A DNA stretch of 64,000 bases from an uncultured Candidatus Saccharibacteria bacterium (GTDB lineage Bacteria > Patescibacteriota > Minisyncoccia > Phycocordibacterales > UBA918): the NCBI GenBank assembly GCA_964352875.1, contig CAYGTP010000002.1, positions 4,244-68,243 on the forward strand, in the 5' to 3' direction. Below, one piece after another: positions 27,095 to 37,531 of this stretch. The translations under genes and the position numbers were made by a program. The first letter of the stretch is position 1; every line of letters begins with the position of its first letter. Below the pieces are notes generated by a model. The model had not been told where the DNA came from, searched no databases, and saw only the letters and a list, made by a program, of their open reading frames with translations.

Positions 27095-27913
27095 ATGTCA
27101 GGAAAAGTACTCGAAAAAAAGAAAATTGTATTGATAGAAGATAACTTGTTTTTGTCAGATATCATTACCAAAAAACTTGAGTATCACGGTGCAAAGATAA
27201 TCAGATTTTCAAATGGACTTGAAGGACTCGCAGGTATCAGAAAAGAGCAGCCAGATTTAGTGTTATTAGATATTGCAATGCCAGTAATGAATGGCTATGA
27301 AGTATTGCAAGTCATGTATGCAGAAAAACTCACAGAAAAAATTCCAGTGATTGTCATTTCTAATTCTGGTCAACCAGTTGAAATTGAACGGGTAAAACAA
27401 CTAGGTGTTCGTGACTATTTGGTAAAAGCTAATTTTGAACCGACGGAAGTTTTAGAAAAGGTATTTGCGGTCATGAATATTGAGTCTGGTGCAAAACCTG
27501 CTTTTGAAACCAACCACGAATCCCAATCAGGTGACAAAGTAGTAAAAGTGATGGTGGTAGAAGATGACCCGTTACTCCGTAACTTATTGTCAGTAAAACT
27601 ATCAAAATCAGGTTGTCCCCACATGTTTAGTAGCGACGGATCAGAGGCATTTTCAATGATTTCTCAATACCAACCAACGGTGATTGTGTTAGACATGATG
27701 CTCCCGGGTAAAACAGGACTAGAAATTCTAGCTGAACTCAAAGCTGATGCAGCTTTAAAAAATATTCCTGTGGTAATTTTTTCAAACAAAAGTGATGACG
27801 CGGACAAGATAAAAGCCAAAGAACTTGGAGCTGAACAGTATTATGTAAAAGCTATGACTGACCTAACCGAATTTGTGACTGAGCTGCGATCCATTGCACA
27901 GAGTACACAGTAA
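27095..27913 (+). CDS. Response regulator with two receiver domains and no output domain
   Basis: LIEDN..LLDIAMP..YLVKA and VVEDD..VLDMMLP..YYVKA; start taken at MSGK. Confidence 0.88.
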   Translation: MSGKVLEKKKIVLIEDNLFLSDIITKKLEYHGAKIIRFSNGLEGLAGIRKEQPDLVLLDIAMPVMNGYEVLQVMYAEKLTEKIPVIVISNSGQPVEIERVKQLGVRDYLVKANFEPTEVLEKVFAVMNIESGAKPAFETNHESQSGDKVVKVMVVEDDPLLRNLLSVKLSKSGCPHMFSSDGSEAFSMISQYQPTVIVLDMMLPGKTGLEILAELKADAALKNIPVVIFSNKSDDADKIKAKELGAEQYYVKAMTDLTEFVTELRSIAQSTQ

Positions 27914-27962
27914 CTGTCTATAACACAGATTATAGACAACTGTACACGGTATACTATTATCA

Positions 27963-30710
27963 ATGCCGTCAAAGAAAGCGGAATCTAGCAAGATAGTACA
28001 TAAACCAAAGCGGACTAAACTCGCTGCTGCCAAAAAGACAGTCACACCAAAAGCAAAAGCGAAGGTAAAACCAGCTATTGTTCGTGTGCCAAAGCAGGTT
28101 GCCAAACCTAAAATCTCAAAAAAGATAGTCCCAGTTAAAAAATCTCTGACCAAAAAGTCTTTACCAGCGCCGACAGTCACTTTGACTAAGGTAGCGGAAC
28201 CTGTCTTGATTGCCGATAAACGTTTTAGCCTAGTGGCTTTGGCACCACTCAAGCCGATGCAAATAGCAATGTTTACCCGGGTCGCCGGTTTATTTTTTGT
28301 AATGCTCGGGGCCTTCTTTTCGTTGTACCACATGCCCTATGTGTTTGATGCGAACGTCCAAATGGCGCAAGTCAGTAGTTCTGTTACCACGACCACATCG
28401 CAGACAACCCCAACCAATTCACTAGGAGTGTCCGGAGAGTTTGTTGTTCCAACTGGTGAACTACATGGCGATGTTCGGCTTGAATACACTCACAATGAAG
28501 CGCAATCAGTAAAATTTTTAGCGTACCAAGTTTCTACTGATGAATTCATTACTCTTGGTACTGCTGAGCGAACCACTAACACTCGTTGGAGAAAAACTAT
28601 CAACACTGAACATTTAGACGATGGACAATATAAATTTATCGCGATAGTGACAGTAGCTGGCAACGCTTGGCAAGATCCATTGCAAATCACTCGCACCATT
28701 AAAAACACAATTCATATTATTCCTGACGTGTCCCTTACTGTAAAACAAAATGGGCAACTAGTTAGCTCACCAGTTACAGCTACATTAGACGACCAAGTGT
28801 CTTTGGTCTGGACGATTGAACCTGCAAGTGCAGAGTGTACTTTGGCGCGAGATGGTGACGGGTTTAAAACTATTAACGGCACGAACTCCTTTGCTATATC
28901 ACTGACTGATATTGATTCATCAGTATTTTCTGTTTTGTGTGTACATGAAACAGATGAAATTGAAAAACAAGTAGTCATTTCTGTAACGGATGCGTTAACA
29001 GAAGATTTGGAAGAGATTACTACGAATACGAACGACGTTGTAACCGAGACTCAATCTGTAAATGAAGCAGACAACACAGCCGACTCGACTAAAGAAACCG
29101 ACGCTGACAATGACGAGATTGATGAAGTTACAGCTGTCACAGTAGACATTGATGAAATTGACGTAGTCGTACCCACCGAAGTATCTGAAGAGGTAGACGA
29201 ATCAGAGCAACCGACCGAATCAACACCACTACTTAAAACTCCCGAGACCATCCAAACCCCAACCCCTACACCAGCAGAAATAAAGCCATCAGTTGTATTA
29301 GAATTACCAGAGCGAGATTTTTTGACTGACACCATTGAGATATCGATTGCAGTAGACGGAGCGCAGTTTATTGAATTATATGTACAGAGTGAACGTTCAG
29401 GTGAAGCTCGGTTTGTCGGACTAGCCAAAAAGCGCAGTGATGGTACCTGGCGAGCTAGACTTGAAACAGTCAATATTCCAAATGGTCGGTACGCTCTCTA
29501 TGCTAAAGTAAAAAATATTTATGGTTTATATCAAAGCTCATCGGTCAACATAGCTATTCAAAATAAAAACGAAACCACACCAACACCAGCTCAAGTTGAA
29601 ACCTTTGGTCTGATTCAGACTGTCGGCTCTGACCTCAAAGAACTAGTAACGGACCCACCAGTCATCGATACCCTGGTTGCCAATCAGTTAAAAACCAGTG
29701 CACGTGACCAAGTTTCAGATGACTCTGAAACAAATATAATCAACGATGAAACAATTGCGGCAACTGAGCAAAATTTAGAAGAGCAGTTCCAAGCCCTCCG
29801 TCTTGCTATACGTAATAATGATCAAAATGCCATTCAAGCAATCAAACAGTCTGTACGAACCATTCAGAACGATATTATTTCACAGACCGCCAGCGCAGAC
29901 GACGAACAAACAGCGATAGCCGACAGTATAGAAAAGCGTATTGTTGAACGTGAGAAAGATATTGAGCGAAAAGAATTAATCATCCGTGATCGCGTCGGTG
30001 ACGCTGCGTTACTTGACTCTGACCAAGACGGAGTAACTGATTATGACGAAATAAATCTCTACCAAACCAACCCACTGGCGGCAGACTCTGACCTGGATGG
30101 AGTGATAGACAGTGCAGAAATTGAACGAGGCTTTAATCCTAACGATGCTTCACCAGAAGCGCTGGTTCGCTTTGAATCACCAAAAGAAGTCGGTGAAGTA
30201 CGAAAGGATATTCTTGAGATCACTACGTTGGCAACTATTGTAGACTCAGACAACACTGGTGCAGGAACTAGTGATGGGGTTGCTGCCCAAGCTATGATTT
30301 CAGGACGTGGACTACCAAACAGCTTTGTTACGGTGTATATCTTTAGTACACCGGTAGTAGTAACAGTAAAAACCGACAGCACTGGCGCCTGGTCATACAC
30401 CTTTGAGAAAGAGCTAGAAGATGGTACTCACGAAGTATATGTTGGTATTACTGATAACGCAGGTAGAATTGTGGCAAAAAGTGAACCATTAGCGTTTGTA
30501 AAGCAAGCTCAAGCCTTTTCACCAGTAAATGCCGCCTCAGTTGAAACTCCAACTATCACTACAGCAACACCAGAGCGTTCACTGAGCTCGACTTCGTCTA
30601 TGCTCTTAATTGCTTCAATTTCAGTAGTAGCGATTGGTTTAGTGTTGATATTACTTGGACTTTACATTGACCGACGTGAACGAAGCGAAATAACTCCGGT
30701 GACTGCATGA
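27963..30710 (+). CDS. Large membrane-anchored surface protein (Lys-rich N-tail, Ig-like domains, DxDxDG Ca-binding repeats, C-terminal TM)
   Basis: KKT/PK-rich N-terminus, TM at ~aa 105-125, DSDQDGVTDYDE/DSDLDGVIDSAE, Big-like GRGLPNSFVTV..GAWSY..LEDGTHEV, C-terminal TM. Confidence 0.75.
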   Translation: MPSKKAESSKIVHKPKRTKLAAAKKTVTPKAKAKVKPAIVRVPKQVAKPKISKKIVPVKKSLTKKSLPAPTVTLTKVAEPVLIADKRFSLVALAPLKPMQIAMFTRVAGLFFVMLGAFFSLYHMPYVFDANVQMAQVSSSVTTTTSQTTPTNSLGVSGEFVVPTGELHGDVRLEYTHNEAQSVKFLAYQVSTDEFITLGTAERTTNTRWRKTINTEHLDDGQYKFIAIVTVAGNAWQDPLQITRTIKNTIHIIPDVSLTVKQNGQLVSSPVTATLDDQVSLVWTIEPASAECTLARDGDGFKTINGTNSFAISLTDIDSSVFSVLCVHETDEIEKQVVISVTDALTEDLEEITTNTNDVVTETQSVNEADNTADSTKETDADNDEIDEVTAVTVDIDEIDVVVPTEVSEEVDESEQPTESTPLLKTPETIQTPTPTPAEIKPSVVLELPERDFLTDTIEISIAVDGAQFIELYVQSERSGEARFVGLAKKRSDGTWRARLETVNIPNGRYALYAKVKNIYGLYQSSSVNIAIQNKNETTPTPAQVETFGLIQTVGSDLKELVTDPPVIDTLVANQLKTSARDQVSDDSETNIINDETIAATEQNLEEQFQALRLAIRNNDQNAIQAIKQSVRTIQNDIISQTASADDEQTAIADSIEKRIVEREKDIERKELIIRDRVGDAALLDSDQDGVTDYDEINLYQTNPLAADSDLDGVIDSAEIERGFNPNDASPEALVRFESPKEVGEVRKDILEITTLATIVDSDNTGAGTSDGVAAQAMISGRGLPNSFVTVYIFSTPVVVTVKTDSTGAWSYTFEKELEDGTHEVYVGITDNAGRIVAKSEPLAFVKQAQAFSPVNAASVETPTITTATPERSLSSTSSMLLIASISVVAIGLVLILLGLYIDRRERSEITPVTA

Positions 30711-32050
30711 TTTCAACGGCACTGTATGCGTTTGAACGAAGTGTTAAATATTTGCGGCATCACCCGCAAGTCATTTTCATTCTATTATTGATTATCGTAA
30801 TGCCAGTGCTATTTCTTTATAGCGGGCAACAGTTTCTTGATGCTGGCAGATCAAATCAAGAACGGCTTCAGAAAGATCGCATCGGACTTCTCCATGATTC
30901 ATTTGTTGCTGTATTGAGTGCAACTAACGTTGATACAGCTATTTTGCAGTCCCAAATTACAGAACTAGTAAAAAACAATCCTGATTTTATCCAGTTTCAA
31001 GTTGTAATACACAAACCTGGCGAAGTCCGTGTTATAGCGGCCGCGAATCAAGAAATGGTTGGTACAATTGAGACCAATGTCGAACCATATCGTTTTTCTA
31101 CCATTAATCTAGACGAATCGTTTATTGTAGAAGTACAACGAAGTAAAGAGCACTACTGGCAAGCCTTCCGTAGTGTCCGACACACTGACGATAACCTCTA
31201 TACCATTTTTACAGAACAGTCATTAACACAAATCGATGCTGTATTTTCAGCCCGGGAACGCGAAGCATATTACTCATTAGTCGTTATTTACTTATTCATT
31301 TTTGGCTTGGCTTTCTGGCATATCAAACTTACTGATTACCGCTATCTCTATCAAAAAGTGGCTAAAGCTAACGAAATGAAAGACCTCTTTACCAACATGA
31401 TTGCTCACGAATTGAGGGCACCGATTACAGCGATTCGAGGTTATGCGAGTCTACTAGAAGAAGACACTACCCTCGCTGGTACCCAGCGCGAACAAGCCGG
31501 TAAAATTTCCAAGTCTAGTATCCGATTGTTAACGGTGATAAATGATTTTTTAGATATTGCTCGTATGCAATCTGGTAAATTGTCAGTCGAAAAAAAGCCA
31601 ACCAACATATCAGAAGTGGTCCAAGCAGTTTGCAGTGAGCTCAGTATCCAAGCTAAAGAAAAAAATATAGCTCTTATTCATTCTGACACTGATATAGCTC
31701 ACATCATCAACACTGACGGCAAGCGGCTTCATCAAGTTTTAATTAATATAGTAAATAACTCGATAAAATATACTGAATCAGGCACTATCGAAGTGGCTTT
31801 GTTTGAAAACGACACCAAGCTCGAAATCAGAGTTAAAGACACTGGTATGGGAATCAACGCCGACGAACAGAAAAATCTTTTTGTACCATTTCATCGAGTT
31901 GAGGGTGAGGAAACCAAAACTATCACTGGGACCGGACTGGGTATGTGGATTACTAAACAGTTGGTTGACTTGTTGGGAGCTTCGATTGGAGTCGAATCTA
32001 TAAAAAGCGTTGGTACCCACGTTGTTATTACGTTTCCTAAGCACTCATAA
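30707..32050 (+). CDS. Membrane sensor histidine kinase
   Basis: Two TM helices flanking an extracytoplasmic domain; IAHELRAPI, NIVNNSIKYT, DTGMG, GTGLGMWI. Confidence 0.92.
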   Translation: MISTALYAFERSVKYLRHHPQVIFILLLIIVMPVLFLYSGQQFLDAGRSNQERLQKDRIGLLHDSFVAVLSATNVDTAILQSQITELVKNNPDFIQFQVVIHKPGEVRVIAAANQEMVGTIETNVEPYRFSTINLDESFIVEVQRSKEHYWQAFRSVRHTDDNLYTIFTEQSLTQIDAVFSAREREAYYSLVVIYLFIFGLAFWHIKLTDYRYLYQKVAKANEMKDLFTNMIAHELRAPITAIRGYASLLEEDTTLAGTQREQAGKISKSSIRLLTVINDFLDIARMQSGKLSVEKKPTNISEVVQAVCSELSIQAKEKNIALIHSDTDIAHIINTDGKRLHQVLINIVNNSIKYTESGTIEVALFENDTKLEIRVKDTGMGINADEQKNLFVPFHRVEGEETKTITGTGLGMWITKQLVDLLGASIGVESIKSVGTHVVITFPKHS

Positions 32051-32125
32051 GTCGAGCTGCAGAATTTATCTAGCCGTGTATAATAGGTGTATACAACCTT
32101 CACCGACACGTGGAGGCGTTATGCT

Positions 32126-34756
32126 ATGGCCAAATCAAAACCTAATAAAACCAAGTGGGAGAGCCCTGATTCAGATAAAATCGTAGTGCGTGGAGCCCGT
32201 ACCCACAATCTTAAAAACATCGATGTAGAAATGCCACGTGGCAAAATGATTGCCATCACCGGACCCTCTGGTTCGGGTAAATCGTCCTTGGCTTTTGATA
32301 CTATTTTCGCTGAAGGTCAACGCCGCTATGTTGAGTCACTATCACCCTATGCGAGGCAGTTTCTGAATAAAATGCAGAAACCAGACGTTGATGAAATCTC
32401 TGGCTTATCACCAGCGATTTCGATTGATCAAAAGTCAGCTAGCCGCAATCCTCGCTCAACGGTAGCGACTATTACCGAGATTTACGACTACCTACGAATT
32501 CTGTATGCGCGAGTCGGTCAGCCGTACTGTTTAGATGTTGATGTGCCAATTGAAAAGTTATCGCAAGATGAAATTTTAAACATCATTCTAAAATCAATCG
32601 AAGACAAAGAAGTAAAGTCTGCCCAAAAGAAAGAGCAAGTAATGGGAATCGAGCTATCCAAAGGTCGGGTGAGTATCTTTTCACCAGTGGTAGTGGGGCG
32701 AAAAGGTGAATACTACCAGATGCTGTATGACCTACTCGCCAAAGGGTACGAAACGGTAAAAATCGACGGCGAAATCAAACAATTACGCGAAAAAATTGAA
32801 CTCAAAAAAACTAAACGACATGATATTGATGTGTTGGTGGACGAAATATACGTAAGTGAATTTACTGATGACCCTAAAAACTCACGGGAACGACTTTCCG
32901 AAGCAGTTGAGTTAGCCCTAGCTGAATCAAATGGACTGGTAAAAATCATGAGTCCTGACAAAACCGAACGTACGCTGTCAGCAAAATTCATTTGCCCGGT
33001 CGACGGCTCATCGTTTCCCGAGGTTGAACCACGATTGTTTTCATTTAACTCACCCTACGGTGCCTGTCCTGAATGTAACGGTCTCGGTATGATTGGGATT
33101 TTCCATACCGATGAATGTCCGTCGTGCCATGGTGCGCGCCTACGACCCGAGGCGCTTCGGGTATACCTGGGTGGAGATGGTAAAAAAGACTTAGGGGTAA
33201 ATATTGTAGCGTTTACTGGTATGACTGTTAAGGCTGCGAGCGAATTTATTGCCGGTTTAAAGCTATCCAAGCAACAGCAAGAAATCGCCTGGCCGGCCCT
33301 ACGTGAAATCATCGAACGCTTAGAATTTATGAACAACGTTGGGATCGAGTATCTTACGCTTGATCGCCGTGCCAATACCTTGTCGGGTGGAGAAGCTCAG
33401 CGGATTCGCTTGGCGTCGCAACTTGGCTCAGGCTTGGTGGGCGCACTCTACGTTCTAGATGAACCAACCATCGGGTTGCATCAGCGTGACAATGATTTAC
33501 TCATCAAGACATTAACTGATCTCCGAGACTTAGGAAACACCATTATTGTGGTTGAACACGATGAAGATACCATCTATGCAGCTGACTATTTAATCGATAT
33601 CGGTCCTGGGGCTGGGGTACATGGTGGGGAAGTGATTGTCGCTGATTACCTGGAAGGTCTTCTCACCGCCAAGAAAAACGATTCTGGTTCAGTCACGCTC
33701 GACTATCTGCGGGGTGACAAATCAATCAAAGTACCGGAACGTCGAACAGGAGAAAAAGGCTCTATTAAAATCCGAGGTGGTAAAGCTTTTAATATCAAAA
33801 ATCTTATCGTCGACATCCCACTCGGGCGCTTGATTACGGTGACTGGTGTATCCGGTTCTGGTAAATCCACGTTTATGTATGAGATTTTGTACAAAAACCT
33901 ACAACGCAAATTAGACAAGAAATATCGTCGGGCCGAAGTTGTTAATTGCACGAGTTTTACCGGTACGGAGTACCTTGGTCGCTCTGTACTGATTGACCAG
34001 TCACCAATCGGGCGCACCCCGCGCTCTAATCCTGCCACGTACACTGGTGCCTTTACGCATATTCGCGATCTCTTTGCTGCGAGCAGCGAAGCGCGGGCGC
34101 GGGGTTGGAAACCGGGACGATTCTCGTTTAATGTCAAAGGTGGTCGCTGTGAAGCCTGCCAGGGGAACGGCGTCATTGCTGTTGAAATGCACTTCTTGCC
34201 GACCGTGTTTGTGACTTGTGACGTCTGTGACGGCAAACGCTTCACCAAAGAAACGCTTGAAGTAACCTACAAACACCGCAATATTCATGAGGTGTTGCAT
34301 ATGACGATTGAAGATGCGCACAAATTTTTTAACGATGTGCCGGCCATAGAAGAACGACTAAAAACACTGCTTGATGTAGGGCTGGGCTATCTACAGCTTG
34401 GGCAGAGCGCTACAACGCTCTCTGGCGGGGAAGCCCAGCGCGTCAAAATTGCCTCTGAACTATACAAACCACACACCCAGAAAAGCATCTACCTATTGGA
34501 CGAACCAACCATCGGGTTGCACTACGAAGACGTCAAAAAGCTGATCGAAATCCTGCAACATCTCGTCGACAAAGGAAATACCGTGTTAGTAATTGAGCAC
34601 AACCTTGATTTGATCAAATCATCTGATTACATTTTAGATATTGGTCCCGAAGGTGGTGCCGGTGGAGGACAACTGATCGCCAAAGGAACGCCAGAGGAAG
34701 TGGCAGAAAACCCCAAATCATTTACCGGTCAATATCTCAAGAAGCATCTCAAGTAA
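32126..34756 (+). CDS. uvrA: Excinuclease ABC subunit A (lacks the insertion domain)
   Basis: [53 protein letters not shown] zinc finger; GGAGG upstream of ATG 32126. Confidence 0.97.
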   Translation: MAKSKPNKTKWESPDSDKIVVRGARTHNLKNIDVEMPRGKMIAITGPSGSGKSSLAFDTIFAEGQRRYVESLSPYARQFLNKMQKPDVDEISGLSPAISIDQKSASRNPRSTVATITEIYDYLRILYARVGQPYCLDVDVPIEKLSQDEILNIILKSIEDKEVKSAQKKEQVMGIELSKGRVSIFSPVVVGRKGEYYQMLYDLLAKGYETVKIDGEIKQLREKIELKKTKRHDIDVLVDEIYVSEFTDDPKNSRERLSEAVELALAESNGLVKIMSPDKTERTLSAKFICPVDGSSFPEVEPRLFSFNSPYGACPECNGLGMIGIFHTDECPSCHGARLRPEALRVYLGGDGKKDLGVNIVAFTGMTVKAASEFIAGLKLSKQQQEIAWPALREIIERLEFMNNVGIEYLTLDRRANTLSGGEAQRIRLASQLGSGLVGALYVLDEPTIGLHQRDNDLLIKTLTDLRDLGNTIIVVEHDEDTIYAADYLIDIGPGAGVHGGEVIVADYLEGLLTAKKNDSGSVTLDYLRGDKSIKVPERRTGEKGSIKIRGGKAFNIKNLIVDIPLGRLITVTGVSGSGKSTFMYEILYKNLQRKLDKKYRRAEVVNCTSFTGTEYLGRSVLIDQSPIGRTPRSNPATYTGAFTHIRDLFAASSEARARGWKPGRFSFNVKGGRCEACQGNGVIAVEMHFLPTVFVTCDVCDGKRFTKETLEVTYKHRNIHEVLHMTIEDAHKFFNDVPAIEERLKTLLDVGLGYLQLGQSATTLSGGEAQRVKIASELYKPHTQKSIYLLDEPTIGLHYEDVKKLIEILQHLVDKGNTVLVIEHNLDLIKSSDYILDIGPEGGAGGGQLIAKGTPEEVAENPKSFTGQYLKKHLK

Positions 34757-34757
34757 C

Positions 34758-35387
34758 ATGTCATCGAACACATTTGTCAGTCTTGTTCTCGCGATGGCGC
34801 TGGTGGTAGTAGTGTCTAATGTCTTGGTGCAATTTTTGTTCGGTGATTGGTTGACCTGGGCAGCCTTTACGTATCCAATTGCTTTTCTTATTACTGATCT
34901 AGCCAATCGACTCCTAGGACCGGCAGCGGCTCGAAAGATTGTTTTCTACGGCTTTATCGTGGGAGTACTATGTTCACTGTTGGCTAGTCAGCTCGAAACT
35001 GCCGATGGGGTGCCGTATACTACGTTGCGTATTGCACTTGGTTCTGGTTTAGCATTCTTGATTGCGCAACTCACCGATGTGTATGTCTTTTCAAGACTGC
35101 GCCACGCGAGTTGGTGGAAGGCACCAGCCCTCTCTTCAGTTGCCGGTTCGGTCATTGATACAGCAATTTTCTTTACCGTGGCATTCTCGGCGGCGTTTAT
35201 ATTTCTTGAACCAACCAACGATGTCTCATGGGCAACCGAACTAATCCCACTGCTTGGCGTGGGGCCAGTGGTACCACTGTGGGTGAGTCTGGCAACTGCT
35301 GACTTCGGAGTGAAATTACTCTTGGTGGCATTAGCTCTGCTACCGTTTAAATTACTCGTCTCCCATTTTTCTCGGTCCAATGACTAA
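34758..35387 (+). CDS. Queuosine precursor transporter (VUT/YhhQ family)
   Basis: VSNVLVQ, TWAAFTYPIAFLITD, RIALGSGLAFLIAQLTDV, GSVIDTAIFF. Confidence 0.88.
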   Translation: MSSNTFVSLVLAMALVVVVSNVLVQFLFGDWLTWAAFTYPIAFLITDLANRLLGPAAARKIVFYGFIVGVLCSLLASQLETADGVPYTTLRIALGSGLAFLIAQLTDVYVFSRLRHASWWKAPALSSVAGSVIDTAIFFTVAFSAAFIFLEPTNDVSWATELIPLLGVGPVVPLWVSLATADFGVKLLLVALALLPFKLLVSHFSRSND

Positions 35388-36615
35388 GACTGCGTTAATA
35401 AAAAAGAAGTTACCTGATACGCCTGGAGTGTATTTTTTTCTTGGGTCAAAAAAAGAGATTTTATACATTGGTAAAGCCACCAGTCTCCGCAATCGGGTCC
35501 GGAGCTATTTTACTGATGACATCAAAGAAAAACGATCAGAATTAATCGAGCAAATGGTCACTGAGGCAAAAACCATTGAAGTTACTGAAACCGATAGTGT
35601 ACTAGAGGCCCTGATTCTAGAAACAAACTTAATCCGCACGCACAAACCTCGCTACAATACTCGCAGCAAAGACGACAAAAGTTACAACCATCTTATTATT
35701 ACCAACGAAGCATTTCCGCGCGTGTTGGTCGTCCGAGGCAAGGACATGACTGAGCAATTTGAGGCGTCAGAAATCAAGTACCACTTTGGCCCGTTCCCGA
35801 GCAGCATGCTGTTTCGAGAAGCACTAAAAATCATCCGTAAATTATTTAAATTTTACGATACGGCAGTACCAATTGGCCAAGAAAAATCCAAGCTGGCAAA
35901 AGGGAGCATCAACTTCAACCGGCAAATCGGTCTGTATCCCGAACAAACATCAAAAAAAGAGTACCTGAAAACCATTCGTCACATACGGCTATTTTTCCAA
36001 GGTAAGAAACAGCAAATCATTGCAGAATTACGAGCCGAAATGATGCAGCTTGCAGCTGAGGAAGCCTTTGAAGCTGCCAACCAGATCAAACGGCGAATCT
36101 TTGCCCTCGAGCACATTCAAGATATTGCCTTAATCAAAGACGACGCTCGAATTTATCGAGATGACAAAAATATTAGAATCGAAGCCTATGATGTAGCGCA
36201 CATCAGTGGCACGGATATGGTCGGAGTGATGACGGTGGTTGAGGGTGGTGAGCCCAAGCACGCTGAGTACCGCAAGTTTAAAATTAAGAGCGTTACCGGA
36301 AGCAACGATCCTGCAGCGCTCCAAGAAGTGTTAGACCGGCGGCTCGCTCATCCGGAATGGCCCTACCCGCAAGTAATTGTCGTTGACGGGAGTACCGCTC
36401 AAAAAAATGTAGCCGAGCACACATTGCGGAAGTGTGGAGCAATGATTCCGGTGGTGGCGGTGGTAAAAGACGATAAGCACCGCCCGCTGCGCATCATTGC
36501 AGCCAAAAAACTCAAAACCCAATACGAAACTGCTATACTACTAGCCAATGCCGAGGCACATCGGTTTGCAGTGGCCTATCACCGAGCCAAGCGCAGCAAG
36601 CGAATGAGACTTTAG
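35380..36615 (+). CDS. uvrC: Excinuclease ABC subunit C (short form, no C-terminal HhH domain)
   Basis: LPDTPGVY..LYIGKATSLRNRVRSYF GIY-YIG; UVR motif; RIEAYDVAH, YRKFKIK, VVDG, EAHRFA. Confidence 0.9.
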   Translation: MTKTALIKKKLPDTPGVYFFLGSKKEILYIGKATSLRNRVRSYFTDDIKEKRSELIEQMVTEAKTIEVTETDSVLEALILETNLIRTHKPRYNTRSKDDKSYNHLIITNEAFPRVLVVRGKDMTEQFEASEIKYHFGPFPSSMLFREALKIIRKLFKFYDTAVPIGQEKSKLAKGSINFNRQIGLYPEQTSKKEYLKTIRHIRLFFQGKKQQIIAELRAEMMQLAAEEAFEAANQIKRRIFALEHIQDIALIKDDARIYRDDKNIRIEAYDVAHISGTDMVGVMTVVEGGEPKHAEYRKFKIKSVTGSNDPAALQEVLDRRLAHPEWPYPQVIVVDGSTAQKNVAEHTLRKCGAMIPVVAVVKDDKHRPLRIIAAKKLKTQYETAILLANAEAHRFAVAYHRAKRSKRMRL

Positions 36616-36640
36616 ACAGAAAACGATTGTTATACCAGAT

Positions 36641-37513
36641 ATGCAAACAAAAATTGGATTTATTGGACAAGGATGGATTGGGAAGCACTACGCTGACGAA
36701 TTTGAGAATCGATTGTACGCAGTTGTGCGCTACGCGCTTGAAGAACCCTATGTCCAAAACAAAGATCAGATAAAAGAGTGTCAGGTGGTATTTTTGGCGG
36801 TACCAACCCCCACCACCAGCGCAGGCTTTAGTTATGAACCGGTTCGCAGTGCGCTTGGTGCGGTAGGGAGTGGTAGTACGGTGGTGATTAAGTCCACGTT
36901 GATTCCAGGTACCACCGAAGCGCTGCAAGCAGAATTTCCAAACTTGTTCATTCTCCACAGCCCGGAATTTTTGGTGGAAGCAACTGCCGCGCACGACGCT
37001 GCCAAACCATTGCGGAATATTGTAGGGATTCCGATAGATACTGACGTCTTTAGAGCCAAGGCCGAGCAGGTACTCAAAATCCTCCCTGAAGCCCCGTACA
37101 ATCAAATTATGAGTAGCCGCGAGGCCGAGATTGTAAAGTATGCTGGTAATGGCTTCTTGTTCACTAAGGTCATTTTTTTCAATCTTCTGTATGACTTTGT
37201 GGCCCAGCATGGTGGCGATTGGGAAATGGTGCGGCAAGCGATCACCTATGATCCGCGCATTGCTAGTAGCCATACCAATCCCATCCACCGGTCGGGGCAC
37301 GACACCGAAACAAACGGAACAGCCAAGCGAGGTGCGGGTGGACACTGTTTTATCAAAGATTTTGAAGCATTGCGCCGTCAGTACGCTGAGCTGCTCCCAA
37401 AGGATGCGACCGGTCAGGCAGTCTTGGCGAGCTTGATTGATAAAAACATTGAGCTACTCACTGCATCCAACAAGGATCTTGATCTACTCGAAGGCGTCTA
37501 CGGCAAAAAATAA
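36641..37513 (+). CDS. UDP-glucose/GDP-mannose dehydrogenase family protein (short, no C-terminal domain)
   Basis: GFIGQGWIG, AVPTP, IKSTLIPGT, SPEFL, AEIVKY, GAGGHCFIKD. Confidence 0.85.
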   Translation: MQTKIGFIGQGWIGKHYADEFENRLYAVVRYALEEPYVQNKDQIKECQVVFLAVPTPTTSAGFSYEPVRSALGAVGSGSTVVIKSTLIPGTTEALQAEFPNLFILHSPEFLVEATAAHDAAKPLRNIVGIPIDTDVFRAKAEQVLKILPEAPYNQIMSSREAEIVKYAGNGFLFTKVIFFNLLYDFVAQHGGDWEMVRQAITYDPRIASSHTNPIHRSGHDTETNGTAKRGAGGHCFIKDFEALRRQYAELLPKDATGQAVLASLIDKNIELLTASNKDLDLLEGVYGKK

Positions 37514-37516
37514 GCA

Positions 37517-37525
37517 TGGTAGAAT
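37517..37525 (+). promoter_or_regulatory. Extended -10 promoter 6 nt before the ddl ATG (probable leaderless)
   Basis: TGGTAGAAT-actgtc-ATG. Confidence 0.5.
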
Positions 37526-37531
37526 ACTGTC

